A stretch of DNA of 64,000 nt, from assembly GCA_044450385.1 (NCBI GenBank), contig JBIOIZ010000002.1, positions 15,393 to 79,392 on the forward strand, in the 5' to 3' direction. The DNA is from Candidatus Dormibacteria bacterium (GTDB taxonomy: Bacteria; Chloroflexota; Dormibacteria; Aeolococcales; Aeolococcaceae). This document shows, one piece after another, positions 19,452 to 27,854 of this stretch. The notes beneath the pieces were generated by a model. It was not told the origin of the DNA. It saw nothing but the letters and a program-made list of their open reading frames with translations, and did not search any database. The translations under genes were made by a program, and so were the position numbers. How positions within the stretch are numbered: position 1 is the stretch's first letter; every line of letters starts with the position of its first letter.

Positions 19452-19636
19452 GGCGGATCACTCCTATCTGGTCGGGCTCCGGTCTCTCTCCCCTGACCGG
19501 GCTTTGAAAGCGGCTCGACCTCCCGCTGCCCTCTGGAGACGTCTCGTCTCGACGACAGCGTGGCGACCTGAGCCGGGCCGACCCTACCACACCTGCTACT
19601 TGTGCCTGCAACCCGCCCAAACGCAGCGAACGCTTC

Positions 19637-20353
19637 CTACCAACCGGTGGACGCCCCGAGGGCACAGGAGGACGGCGCGGCGTTGAGCACGACGGGGACG
19701 TCGGCGGCAAGGCTGGACCCCGCCTGCCAGATGAATTGCTCCGAGCCCCCACCCACAATCACGCCGGCGCCGTTCTTGCAGACTGCGAAGGCCACCACCG
19801 CGACGCCGGCGGAGATCGCCGTGGATGGTGTGAGGCTCCCTTTGACATCGCCATACCCGTGTCCTGAATGGCATGGCTGGCAGGCATAGGCGCCGGACGC
19901 GGTCAGGAAGACGGGTCCGACGCTCGTCGGCCAGGAGCCGACGGTGACGCTCACGCTCACGCCCGTGGCCGCGTTGCACGCGTCGGTGCAGTCCGCAGTC
20001 ACCGCCAGGACCTCGCCCGGCGCGAGGTTGACGGGCACCGCGTCGAGCGAGCCGAGGGTCCTACCGGCGCGACGCGTGACGAAATGCACCACCACCGAGG
20101 CGGCGGCATGATACCTCGCCTCGTTCTTGAGGCTGGCGACGGGGAACGCCGCGAGATCGAAGGTACCGATGCCGATCTCGAGCACGGCAACGCTCTGCGT
20201 ATCGGGCGGCAGTGGCGTCGCGGACGGAGAGGGTGTAGCGGTCGCCGACCTGCTCGGCGCCGGCGTGGGCGCGCCCGAGCAGGCTGAGAGCATCACCACG
20301 GCGATGCCGGCGAGCCAGAGAACGGCGGACGGAGGCTGAGGCATCGTCTTCAT
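19637..20353 (-). CDS. Hypothetical lipoprotein
   Basis: The real part of the 603-aa track ORF. Starts at ATG 20353 after GGAAAGGA. Signal and lipobox VMLSACSG. The rest of the track ORF is antisense to the acyl-CoA dehydrogenase gene. Confidence 0.65.
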   Translation of the reverse strand: MKTMPQPPSAVLWLAGIAVVMLSACSGAPTPAPSRSATATPSPSATPLPPDTQSVAVLEIGIGTFDLAAFPVASLKNEARYHAAASVVVHFVTRRAGRTLGSLDAVPVNLAPGEVLAVTADCTDACNAATGVSVSVTVGSWPTSVGPVFLTASGAYACQPCHSGHGYGDVKGSLTPSTAISAGVAVVAFAVCKNGAGVIVGGGSEQFIWQAGSSLAADVPVVLNAAPSSCALGASTGW

Positions 20354-20428
20354 CCTAGGGTCCTTTCCGCCGCAATCAGCGCGTGACAGAATTGACATCG
20401 ACGTCAGTAGCTCCGCCCAGGGAGGCAT

Positions 20429-21577
20429 TTGCTCGTGCGGTTCACGGCTGAGCACGACGCGCTCCGGGAGTCGGTACGCGATTTCGTCGCCAGGGAATTG
20501 CGTCCCCACGCCGATGAGTGGGAAACGGCTGAGGGATTTCCTGACAGCGTCTTCCGGCGGATGGGTGAGCTCGGGCTCCTCGGCCTCCGCTACCCGGAGC
20601 AGTACGGCGGTCAGGGCGGCGACTATTTCAGCGCCATCGTCCTCGCCGAGGAGATGGCGCGCTGCGGTTCCGGCGGCGTGGGGATGGCCATCAGCGTGCA
20701 CACCGAGATGGCCACGCCCCCCATCCTCAAATGGGGTACGGAAGAGCAGAAGCAGCGCTATCTCGTGCCTGCGATCAGAGGGGAGAAGATCGCCGCGCTC
20801 GGGATCACGGAACCGGACGCGGGGAGCGACGTGGCGAGCATCCGCACTCGCGCCGATCGGGTCGATGGGCACTGGCGGATCAACGGCAGCAAGCTCTACA
20901 TCACCAATGGGGTGCGCTGCGACTTCATCCTGCTGGTCGCGCGCACCGGCGCACAGGCGGACGGCGCGCACGGGATCACCCTCTTCCTCGTCGACAAGAG
21001 CCTCGCGGGCTTCACCGTCTCGCGGAAGCTGAAGAAGCTGGGCATGCACTCCAGTGACACGGCCGAGCTGTCCTTCAAGGATGTCGAGGTGGGCGACGAC
21101 GCCGTGCTCGGCGAGGTGGGCCAGGGCTTCTACAACCTCATGTGGGAGCTGCAGGGTGAGCGTCTGATCGGCTCCGCGGGCTCCATCGCCGGCGCCGAGG
21201 TCGCCTTCGAGGAGACCCTGAGATGGTGCAAGGAACGTGAGGCGTTCGGCCGGCCGATCGCGAACTTCCAGGTGAACCGGCACAAGCTCGTCGACCTCTA
21301 CACGGAGATCACGGTCGCCAAGAACTTCGTGTACAGCATCGCCGAGCGTTGGGATCGCGACGAGTACCCGGTGACCGAGATCTCGATGGCGAAGCTCGTC
21401 GTCGGACGTGTGTCGACGCTCGTGGCCGACACCTGCCTGCAGCTGCACGGAGGTATGGGCTACATGGCGGAGTCGGGCATCTCCCGATACTTTCGCGACT
21501 CGCGACTCATCCGGATCGGCGGCGGCACCGATGAGGTGATGAAGGAGATCATCGCCGAGACTGCGCTGGGGCTCTAG
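20429..21577 (+). CDS. Acyl-CoA dehydrogenase
   Basis: ACAD motifs ALGITEPDAGSDVASI and LHGGMGYM. The start is TTG 20429 or GTG 20435, after GGAGG. Confidence 0.9.
   Translation: MLVRFTAEHDALRESVRDFVARELRPHADEWETAEGFPDSVFRRMGELGLLGLRYPEQYGGQGGDYFSAIVLAEEMARCGSGGVGMAISVHTEMATPPILKWGTEEQKQRYLVPAIRGEKIAALGITEPDAGSDVASIRTRADRVDGHWRINGSKLYITNGVRCDFILLVARTGAQADGAHGITLFLVDKSLAGFTVSRKLKKLGMHSSDTAELSFKDVEVGDDAVLGEVGQGFYNLMWELQGERLIGSAGSIAGAEVAFEETLRWCKEREAFGRPIANFQVNRHKLVDLYTEITVAKNFVYSIAERWDRDEYPVTEISMAKLVVGRVSTLVADTCLQLHGGMGYMAESGISRYFRDSRLIRIGGGTDEVMKEIIAETALGL
21540..21577 (+). repeat. Direct repeat copy 1 (last 38 nt of the acyl-CoA dehydrogenase gene)
   Basis: TGAAGGAGATCATCGCCGAGACTGCGCTGGGGCTCTAG. 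34 of 38 positions are identical to 21959-21996. Confidence 0.9.
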
Positions 21578-21958
21578 GGTTGAACTCAGTTGAGACGATT
21601 GTCAGAGTGATTATTGGGGCGCGTTTTCACGGGTGCCCCAATAAACACCACCACTGTTGTGGGACAGAGCATCGGCGTGGGCTCATATGAAATGAGGCTG
21701 ACGAACGATTGCTACCTGATCACCCTGCACGTCGGTAATGGCGTCGAGCACTACTACCGCGACGGTGCAACCTGGGTCAAGGAAAGCACTCGGAACCGGA
21801 AGTTCAAAGCCACGGCTGAACAGGTGTTGAACCATTTGCTGCCGGCTCTCGCGGGGGTCAAGCCAAACGTGTCGGTGTCCGTGGACCACCGAGATCTGGA
21901 CAACGGAGCCGATAAGACGTTGGAGGCCCTGCGGGCACATCCGTCCGAAGAAAGTGGT
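21578..21958. other. AT-richer inserted segment bounded by the 38-nt direct repeats
   Basis: The segment lies exactly between the two repeat copies, which are offset by 419 bp. Its composition is visibly less GC-rich than the flanks. It carries one small ORF and no recombinase. Confidence 0.5.
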
Positions 21959-21961
21959 TGA
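21692..21961 (+). CDS. Hypothetical small protein within the inserted segment
   Basis: 89 aa from ATG 21692 (the track ORF starts at TTG 21614). No family recognised. Weaker GC3 bias than the core genes. Confidence 0.35.
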   Translation: MRLTNDCYLITLHVGNGVEHYYRDGATWVKESTRNRKFKATAEQVLNHLLPALAGVKPNVSVSVDHRDLDNGADKTLEALRAHPSEESG

Positions 21962-21996
21962 AGGAGATCATCGCCGAGACCGCGCTGGGGCTTTGA
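21959..21996 (+). repeat. Direct repeat copy 2 (orphan copy of the acyl-CoA dehydrogenase 3' end)
   Basis: TGAAGGAGATCATCGCCGAGACCGCGCTGGGGCTTTGA. It still encodes (L)KEIIAETALGL-stop. Homology to the gene stops abruptly at its 5' edge. Confidence 0.9.
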
Positions 21997-22003
21997 AATA
22001 GCG

Positions 22004-22376
22004 CTACGGCTGCTTGGTGTACGTTGCGGCGCAGTACGTGTCCGCCAGATGGACCGCGGTCCACCGTTCGGATCCGATGCTCACCCCGTCGGGTTCGGAC
22101 TGTGCGATCCCTTGGGCATTTGTTGTGGCTGTGCCAATCTGCTTCCCGCCCACCGAGAAATCAATCTTGATGTCCGGAAGTGGCGCCCTGGTTTCGCTGG
22201 TTACCGTGGCGATGAGCTGCTTGGGTGGGGTCCGAAAGCAATCGGACCAGCGTCAAGAAAGGGCGCAGCGACACTTTTATCGGTGAACAGCCGACCGTTG
22301 GACTTGAGTTCGACGGTTGCGTTGAGCCGCAGGCAGCCAGCACCCCAGAAACCAGCAGAAGGGGTAGTCGGCTCAT
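22004..22376 (-). pseudogene. Probable frameshifted small lipoprotein gene
   Basis: ATG 22376 opens MSRLPLLLVSGVLAACGS (lipobox). Plausible coding sequence then continues in two other frames (ATVELKSNGRLFTDKS..., then KQLIATVTSETRAPLPDIKIDFSVGGKQIGTATTNAQG...YTKQP-stop at 22004). Sequencing error is not excluded. Confidence 0.4.
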
Positions 22377-22381
22377 GGTCT

Positions 22382-22684
22382 TCAGACGCATTTGATGCAA
22401 GCTAGGTGATCGGATCGGGGGGCCTCTGCTTGCTCGGCGAGAGTGGTGACCATGGCTCGGATCCAGGCACGGAACGCGTCGGCGGCATGGTCCACGAGAC
22501 CATCGGCGGGCGCTTCGGTTGAGGCGGCGATGAAGGCGCAGCCGTTGAAGTCGGGTTGCTCGAAGAGCTCTGTCCGGGCAGCGAAGACGGCCAGGATCTT
22601 CTGGTGCGGATCGTTGAACCTCTCGATCGCTTCGGCGAGCCGCGCATCCAAGCGCGCAGCGCCCGGATAGACTCCGCATGACAC
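22382..22684 (-). pseudogene. 5'-truncated TetR-family regulator remnant (C-terminal ligand domain only)
   Basis: The 100-aa ORF contains a TetR_C-like ELFEQPDFNGCAFIAASTE segment. An in-frame stop lies 5 codons upstream and there is no HTH-coding sequence before the AIM24 gene. Confidence 0.45.
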
Positions 22685-22706
22685 CGACAGCTCGGAGGAC
22701 TACCTG

Positions 22707-23477
22707 ATGCAGGACCGGATCATCGGCACCACCATGCCCGTGCTCGAGATCACGCTCGACCCGGGCGAGGCAATCTTCTCCGAGTCCGGAGAGCTCTCCT
22801 GGATGACGCAGTCGATCGTCATGCAGACCTCAACCCAGATGGGCGGCGGCGGTGGCGTCGGCGGGGTGTTCAAGCGCGCGCTGGGTGGGAGCTCGATCTT
22901 CATGAGCGAGTACTCCGCGCAGGGCGCCCCCGGCATGGTCGCGTTTGCAGCACGCCTCCCCGGCATGATCTTTCCGCTCGACGTCGCGCCGCAACCGGGC
23001 ATGGGGTTTCTCGGACACCGGCACTCGTTCGTCTGTGGTGTGCACGGCGTGCAGCTGTCGGTGGGATTCCAGCAGCACCTCGGCGCCGGATTGTTCGGTG
23101 GCGATGGGTTCCGGCTCGAGAAGATCTCCGGTCAGGGACGCGCCTGGTGCGAGCTCAGTGGCGAGGTGCTGACGTACGACCTGAAGCCGGGCGAGAGCCT
23201 TCGCGTCCACCCTGCCCATGTGGGCCTGTTCCAGGACACGGTGCAATTCAGCATCACCACCATCAAGGGCATCAAGAACAAGATCTTCGGCGGCGACGGC
23301 ATCTTCCTCGCGCTGCTCACCGGACCGGGTCGCGTTTGGCTCCAGTCGCTCCCGCTGCAGAAGCTCGCGCAGGCGCTCGGTGAGTTCTCGCCGGGTCAGG
23401 CTGCCGAGGCCGGGGTTGCGGGCGGCGTTGCTGGCGGCGCCGCGAGCGGTGTCATGCGGGGGATTTTCGGGGGCTGA
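22707..23477 (+). CDS. AIM24/TIGR00266 (DUF124) family protein
   Basis: MPVLEITLDPGEAIFSESGELSWM and GGDGIFLALLTGPGRVWLQSLPL are typical of the family. Confidence 0.8.
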   Translation: MQDRIIGTTMPVLEITLDPGEAIFSESGELSWMTQSIVMQTSTQMGGGGGVGGVFKRALGGSSIFMSEYSAQGAPGMVAFAARLPGMIFPLDVAPQPGMGFLGHRHSFVCGVHGVQLSVGFQQHLGAGLFGGDGFRLEKISGQGRAWCELSGEVLTYDLKPGESLRVHPAHVGLFQDTVQFSITTIKGIKNKIFGGDGIFLALLTGPGRVWLQSLPLQKLAQALGEFSPGQAAEAGVAGGVAGGAASGVMRGIFGG

Positions 23478-24036
23478 ACTCGCTGCGCTGAAACAGCGCG
23501 TGCAGCGTGATCCCCGCCGCCTCGAGGGCTTCGCGTCCGCCCTCTTCTCGGTCGACGACGCACAGCGCCCCGGCGATCGCCGCGCCAGTGGCGGCAACCG
23601 CCTCCTGCGCCTGCAGGAACGTGCCACCTGTGGTCATCGTGTCGTCGACAAGAAGCACGCGCATCCCTGGTTGCAGGTTCGGTCCCTCGATGGGCCGGCC
23701 GGTGCCGTGCGACTTGACCTCCTTGCGGACGATGAACGCGGTGATCGGATGGTTTGTGTCCCCGCTGAGCGCCGCGGTGGCCGCGGCGATCGGATCCGCT
23801 CCCAGCGTCAACCCGCCAACTGCGTCGATGCCGTTGTCGCGGCAGTGTTCGAGCGTGAATCGCGCAACCAGGTACAACCCGCGCCCGTCGAGTGTCACCT
23901 GCTTGCCGTCGACGTAGTAGTCACTGGTGCGCCCACTGGTGAGCGTGAACGTGCCGTACTTGAAGGCGCGCACCGCGACAAGCTCGCGGAGCTCCTCCCG
24001 AAGGTCGGTATCGATCGCGGTGGTCACGGCGACCAT
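23452..24036 (-). CDS. pyrE: Orotate phosphoribosyltransferase
   Basis: PRPP motif VLLVDDTMTTGGT and FTLTSGRTSDYYVD. Confidence 0.9.
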   Translation of the reverse strand: MVAVTTAIDTDLREELRELVAVRAFKYGTFTLTSGRTSDYYVDGKQVTLDGRGLYLVARFTLEHCRDNGIDAVGGLTLGADPIAAATAALSGDTNHPITAFIVRKEVKSHGTGRPIEGPNLQPGMRVLLVDDTMTTGGTFLQAQEAVAATGAAIAGALCVVDREEGGREALEAAGITLHALFQRSEFSPRKSPA

Positions 24037-25511
24037 CGCAGGATGGGGTGACGCGCGGCACGCACCTCATCCACGCGGCTCACCGGGGTTTCGTGGGGCG
24101 CGTTCTGCACAAATGCCAGTTCGCGTTCCGCCTCGTCAACGATCTCCGCGCAGATACCGGCGAAAGCGTCGAGACTCTGCTTCGACTCCGTCTCGGTGGG
24201 CTCGAACATCAGCGCCTCGGGAACGGTCAGCGGGAAGTACACCGTCGGTGCGTAGACCCCATAGTCCAGCAGCCGTTTGGCGACGTCCATCGCGCGCAAC
24301 CCTTCGACACGGCCGCCCTTGGTGCTGGCCACGAACTCGTGCATGCACGGTGTCTGGACCGCCATCACGAACAGACCGGTGAGCTTTGACTGCAGGTAGC
24401 GTGCGTTGAGAACGGCATCGCGCGCGACCCAGGAGAGATGGTCGCCGTAGGCACGGATGTACGCGTACGCGCGCACCAGCATCCCGAAGTTTCCATAGTA
24501 CGAGCGCACCTTGCCGACGCTCTTCGGGCGCGCGCCGTCGAGAAAGAAACGGTCGCCGTCTCGCTCGACGGTCGGTGTTGGAAGGAAGTCGACGAGCCGG
24601 TCGCCCACACCGACCGGGCCCGCCCCCGGGCCGCCACCGCCGTGTGGCGTCGAGAACGTCTTGTGCAGATTGAGGTGAACGACGTCGAACCCCATGTCAC
24701 CGGGTCGCGCGATCCCGACCAGCGCGTTGAGGTTGGCGCCGTCGTAATAGACGAGCGCGCCGGCGTCGTGCGCCAGCCTGGCGATCTCCACGATGTCCTT
24801 CTCGAACACGCCGAGCGTGTTGGGGTTGGTGAGCATGACGGCAGCCACGGTGGCGTCGAGGTGGCTCGAGAAATCCTCGACGTCGACGGTGCCGTCGTGG
24901 TTGCTCTTCACGGTCACGACGTCGAGTCCGCACGCGGCGGCGGACGCGGGGTTGGTGCCGTGCGCCGAATCGGGAATGAGCACGCGGGTGCGAGCCGTGT
25001 CGCCGCGGTCGGCATGGTAGGCCTGGATCATGCGCAGACCCGTCCATTCCCCGTGCGCGCCCGCTGCAGGCTGAAGCGACATGCGCGCCATTCCCGTGAT
25101 CGATGCGAGCATGCGGTCGAGCTCCCACATCAACTCCAGGGCGCCCTGCGTGTCCTCCTCGTCCTGGTATGGATGCAGCTGCGCGAAGCCGTCGAGCCAT
25201 GCGAGCTGCTCGTCGACCACCGGGTTGTACTTCATCGTGCACGAGCCGAGCGGATACATCCCCTCGTGGAGATTGTGATTGCGGCGCGCGAGGCGGCCGA
25301 AGTGGCGCGCAAGCACCGCCTCCGGAACCGCGGGCACGGTGGGCGGCGCCTTGCGCAGCAGCGACTCGGGAACCGAAGCGTCGCCGCCGGTGACCGGAAC
25401 GCCGGCTGCGGTCACCGCGGGTCCGCTCGTGTAGTTGGTGCTCAGCTCGAACACGAGCGGTTCGTCCACCGACCACTTGGCCTCGCGGGTCACATCGGGG
25501 ATGCCGTTCAT
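24024..25511 (-). CDS. gcvPB: Glycine dehydrogenase (decarboxylating) subunit 2
   Basis: PLP-lysine region HLNLHKTFSTPHGGGGPG. ATGA-type overlap with gcvPA. Confidence 0.92.
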   Translation of the reverse strand: MNGIPDVTREAKWSVDEPLVFELSTNYTSGPAVTAAGVPVTGGDASVPESLLRKAPPTVPAVPEAVLARHFGRLARRNHNLHEGMYPLGSCTMKYNPVVDEQLAWLDGFAQLHPYQDEEDTQGALELMWELDRMLASITGMARMSLQPAAGAHGEWTGLRMIQAYHADRGDTARTRVLIPDSAHGTNPASAAACGLDVVTVKSNHDGTVDVEDFSSHLDATVAAVMLTNPNTLGVFEKDIVEIARLAHDAGALVYYDGANLNALVGIARPGDMGFDVVHLNLHKTFSTPHGGGGPGAGPVGVGDRLVDFLPTPTVERDGDRFFLDGARPKSVGKVRSYYGNFGMLVRAYAYIRAYGDHLSWVARDAVLNARYLQSKLTGLFVMAVQTPCMHEFVASTKGGRVEGLRAMDVAKRLLDYGVYAPTVYFPLTVPEALMFEPTETESKQSLDAFAGICAEIVDEAERELAFVQNAPHETPVSRVDEVRAARHPILRWSP

Positions 25512-26881
25512 GCGTGCGCCATCGCAACGCTGCGCTCCGACGCGACCACCTCAGCCGCCGCGGCTGCGTAGCGGTCGATCGCCTGCGGTGAGGTGAGCTC
25601 GGTGCAGCAGACCAGGAGCTCGCCGTCTCGCGTTGCGTCTATCCGACCAAGTGGCAGCCCGGCCACGATGCCTCGGTTGCGCAGCGCCTTCGCGAACGCG
25701 GTTGCGCTGCCTGGGGTTCGCAGCACGAACTCCCAGAGAAATGGCGTTGCCGCGTACGTCAACGAGAGCCCGTCGATCGCCGTGAGCCGGTCCGCCAGGT
25801 GATGCGCGCGCTTGGCGCTCACCTCGGCAACAGCGCGCATCCCACCGGCTCCCATGTGCGCCATGTACACGGTCGCGGCGAGCGCGATCAGCGCGTGGTT
25901 GGTGCAGATGTTGGACGTCGCATGCTCGCGGCGGATGTGCTGCTCGCGGGCCTGCAGGGTCAGCGTGTACGCGCGCCGCTCGTCGTGGTCCAGGGTCATC
26001 CCGACGAGGCGGCCGGGTATGCGCCGCATCTGGGCTTGCGCCACCGACATGAAGCCGACATGCGGTCCACCGAACGACGCAGGGATGCCGAGTGGCTGAC
26101 CGTCGCCGACGGCGACATCGAAACCGCACTCACCGGGGGACGTCAGCAACGCGCACGCGTGCAGGTCGGTGGCGCAGATTGCCAGACCACCGGCGTCGTG
26201 AGCGGCCTGCGCAAGTGGCGCGAGGTCCTGGATCGTTCCCGCAAAACTGGGGTACTGCACGAGCAGCGCAGCGTGGTCGGCCGTCAGTGCCGAGCGCACC
26301 GTGTCGAGCCTGAGGATGCCGTCGCCGGTCGGGATGACATCGATGGTGATGCGCCGCCCTTCGCCGAAGGTCCGCAGCACCGCGATCGTTTCCGGATGCA
26401 CGGTGTCCGCGACGGCGATCCGGGCGCGGCCGGTTGCCTGCACGGCAATGACCATCGCCTCGGCTGCCGCGGTTGCCCCGTCGTAGAGCGATGCGTTTGC
26501 CACGTCGAGGCCGGTCAGCGCGCAGATCATCGTCTGGAACTCGAAGATCGTCTGCAGGGTCCCCTGCGAAGCCTCGGCCTGGTAGGGCGTGTACGCGGTG
26601 TAGAACTCGGGCCGGGAGATGGTGCCGCGAACGATGGCGGGACTGAAGCGCCGGTAGACACCGGCGCCGAGAAAGCTGTCGTACGTGCTCAATGACCGGT
26701 TTCGCGATGCAAGTCCCTCGAGGTTCGCGACCAGGTCCTGCTCGGGCAGCGGCGGTGGGAGGTCGATCTGAGGATCGCGGAGGGCGGCCGGAATCGTGGT
26801 GAACAGGTCCGTTTCCGACGCCGCTCCCACAGCATCGAGCATCTCGCGACGTTCGGCATCGGAGTTTGGGAGATACGCCAT
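25508..26881 (-). CDS. gcvPA: Glycine dehydrogenase (decarboxylating) subunit 1
   Basis: MAYLPNSDAERREML, FYTAYTPYQAEASQG. ATG 26881 is preferred over the track TTG 26887. Confidence 0.92.
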   Translation of the reverse strand: MAYLPNSDAERREMLDAVGAASETDLFTTIPAALRDPQIDLPPPLPEQDLVANLEGLASRNRSLSTYDSFLGAGVYRRFSPAIVRGTISRPEFYTAYTPYQAEASQGTLQTIFEFQTMICALTGLDVANASLYDGATAAAEAMVIAVQATGRARIAVADTVHPETIAVLRTFGEGRRITIDVIPTGDGILRLDTVRSALTADHAALLVQYPSFAGTIQDLAPLAQAAHDAGGLAICATDLHACALLTSPGECGFDVAVGDGQPLGIPASFGGPHVGFMSVAQAQMRRIPGRLVGMTLDHDERRAYTLTLQAREQHIRREHATSNICTNHALIALAATVYMAHMGAGGMRAVAEVSAKRAHHLADRLTAIDGLSLTYAATPFLWEFVLRTPGSATAFAKALRNRGIVAGLPLGRIDATRDGELLVCCTELTSPQAIDRYAAAAAEVVASERSVAMAHA

Positions 26882-26988
26882 CCTCAAAGTATGCCGGGCG
26901 GTGGGAGGCGCCCGGGAGCCCGCCGCCGTGAGTGGGCGGATCCCCGCCAGGAGGTTTGCTCAGCCGAACCGTTGGTAGACTGCAAGTG

Positions 26989-27204
26989 ATGTCCAAGCGC
27001 GCCTCCACCGTTTCCATCGAGGATCTCGTCGCGGCGATCGAGACCGCCCGCGACAAGGTGATGGCTGATGAGGTCAAGAGCCTCGTCAAGCTGGGCCTCC
27101 CCAAGACCGTCGCGTACAAGATGGTCGCCGACCGCTATCGCCAGCGGGCCGAGGGTGACGACGGAGAAGCAGACTCCGCGAGCCCCTGGCCGGACATGTC
27201 CTGA
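26989..27204 (+). CDS. Hypothetical small protein (71 aa)
   Basis: ATG 26989 inside the track ORF 26932-27204. Very strong GC3 bias. No family recognised. Confidence 0.5.
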   Translation: MSKRASTVSIEDLVAAIETARDKVMADEVKSLVKLGLPKTVAYKMVADRYRQRAEGDDGEADSASPWPDMS

Positions 27205-27205
27205 C

Positions 27206-27222
27206 CCGGCGCTAGGCGCCGG
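27206..27222. terminator. GC-rich hairpin between convergent genes
   Basis: CCGGCGC-TAG-GCGCCGG (7-bp stem) spanning the DedA stop codon. No U-tract. Confidence 0.2.
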
Positions 27223-27823
27223 AGCTTGGGGTTGGCGCGTCGCGCCTGCGCCCCCGCAGGTACCAGACCACCACCACCACCACGACGACCATGGCGATGA
27301 CGATCGCGGCCGTCCCGATCGGGCCGGAAACCCTGGTGTAGTTGGCCCCCACCTCGTATCCGAGTATCGAGAGGAACGTCACCCAGACGGTCGAGCCGAG
27401 GAGGGAGAGGCCGGCGAACCACAGGGGCTGCATCTTCGCGAGACCCGCCGGGAACGAGATGTAGGTGTGGATGACGGGGAGCATCCTGCCGAAGAAGACC
27501 GCTGCCAGCCCGTAGCGGTGGATCCAATGGTCGGCGGAGTCGAGGTGCCGCTCGGAGATCCCGACGCGCCGTCCCGGACCGAGGAGCAACGGGCGGCCGA
27601 AGCGCCGAGCGAGCGCATAGGCGAGGAGTGCGCCGAGCCAGTTGCCGGCAACCCCGGCGATGATCACGACCACGATGTTGTAGTGGCCGGCAGCGGCGAG
27701 GAGGCCGGCCACAGGCATGATGACCTCGCTCGGGATGGGCACGCCGCAGCTGTTGACGAGCATCAGCACAAGCACGATGAAGAGGCCCCCGCTGGTCACC
27801 CATTGGCCGATCACACCGCCCAT
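27212..27823 (-). CDS. DedA family membrane protein
   Basis: GVPIPSEVIMPVAGLLAA and FFGRMLPVIHTYISFPAG motifs. Multi-TM. Confidence 0.85.
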   Translation of the reverse strand: MGGVIGQWVTSGGLFIVLVLMLVNSCGVPIPSEVIMPVAGLLAAAGHYNIVVVIIAGVAGNWLGALLAYALARRFGRPLLLGPGRRVGISERHLDSADHWIHRYGLAAVFFGRMLPVIHTYISFPAGLAKMQPLWFAGLSLLGSTVWVTFLSILGYEVGANYTRVSGPIGTAAIVIAMVVVVVVVVWYLRGRRRDAPTPSSGA

Positions 27824-27854
27824 CGCCGGGATTGTGGCCTACGCTGCCGCGAAC

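Noticed and set aside
20354-20428. Perfect TTGACA hexamer (20389-20394) as a promoter for the acyl-CoA dehydrogenase gene
   Set aside because: No acceptable -10 hexamer lies at 16-19 nt spacing downstream, so the isolated -35 match is not reported as a feature.
19637-21448. 603-aa ORF on the minus strand
   Set aside because: Only the first 238 codons from ATG 20353 look real (a lipoprotein with a lipobox). The remainder is antisense to the well-supported acyl-CoA dehydrogenase gene, a typical high-GC open-frame artefact.
26882-26988. Glycine riboswitch expected upstream of gcvPA
   Set aside because: Read in the gcvPA sense, the 107-nt leader lacks the conserved GGAGAG, CACCGAAGGGGCAA and CUCAGGCAAAAGGAC elements. 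The opposite strand has a loose look-alike (GGGAG...CGCCGUGAGUGGGC...CUCAGCCGAACCG), but it faces away from gcvPA and deviates at core positions. A cmsearch with RF00504 would settle it; I do not call it.
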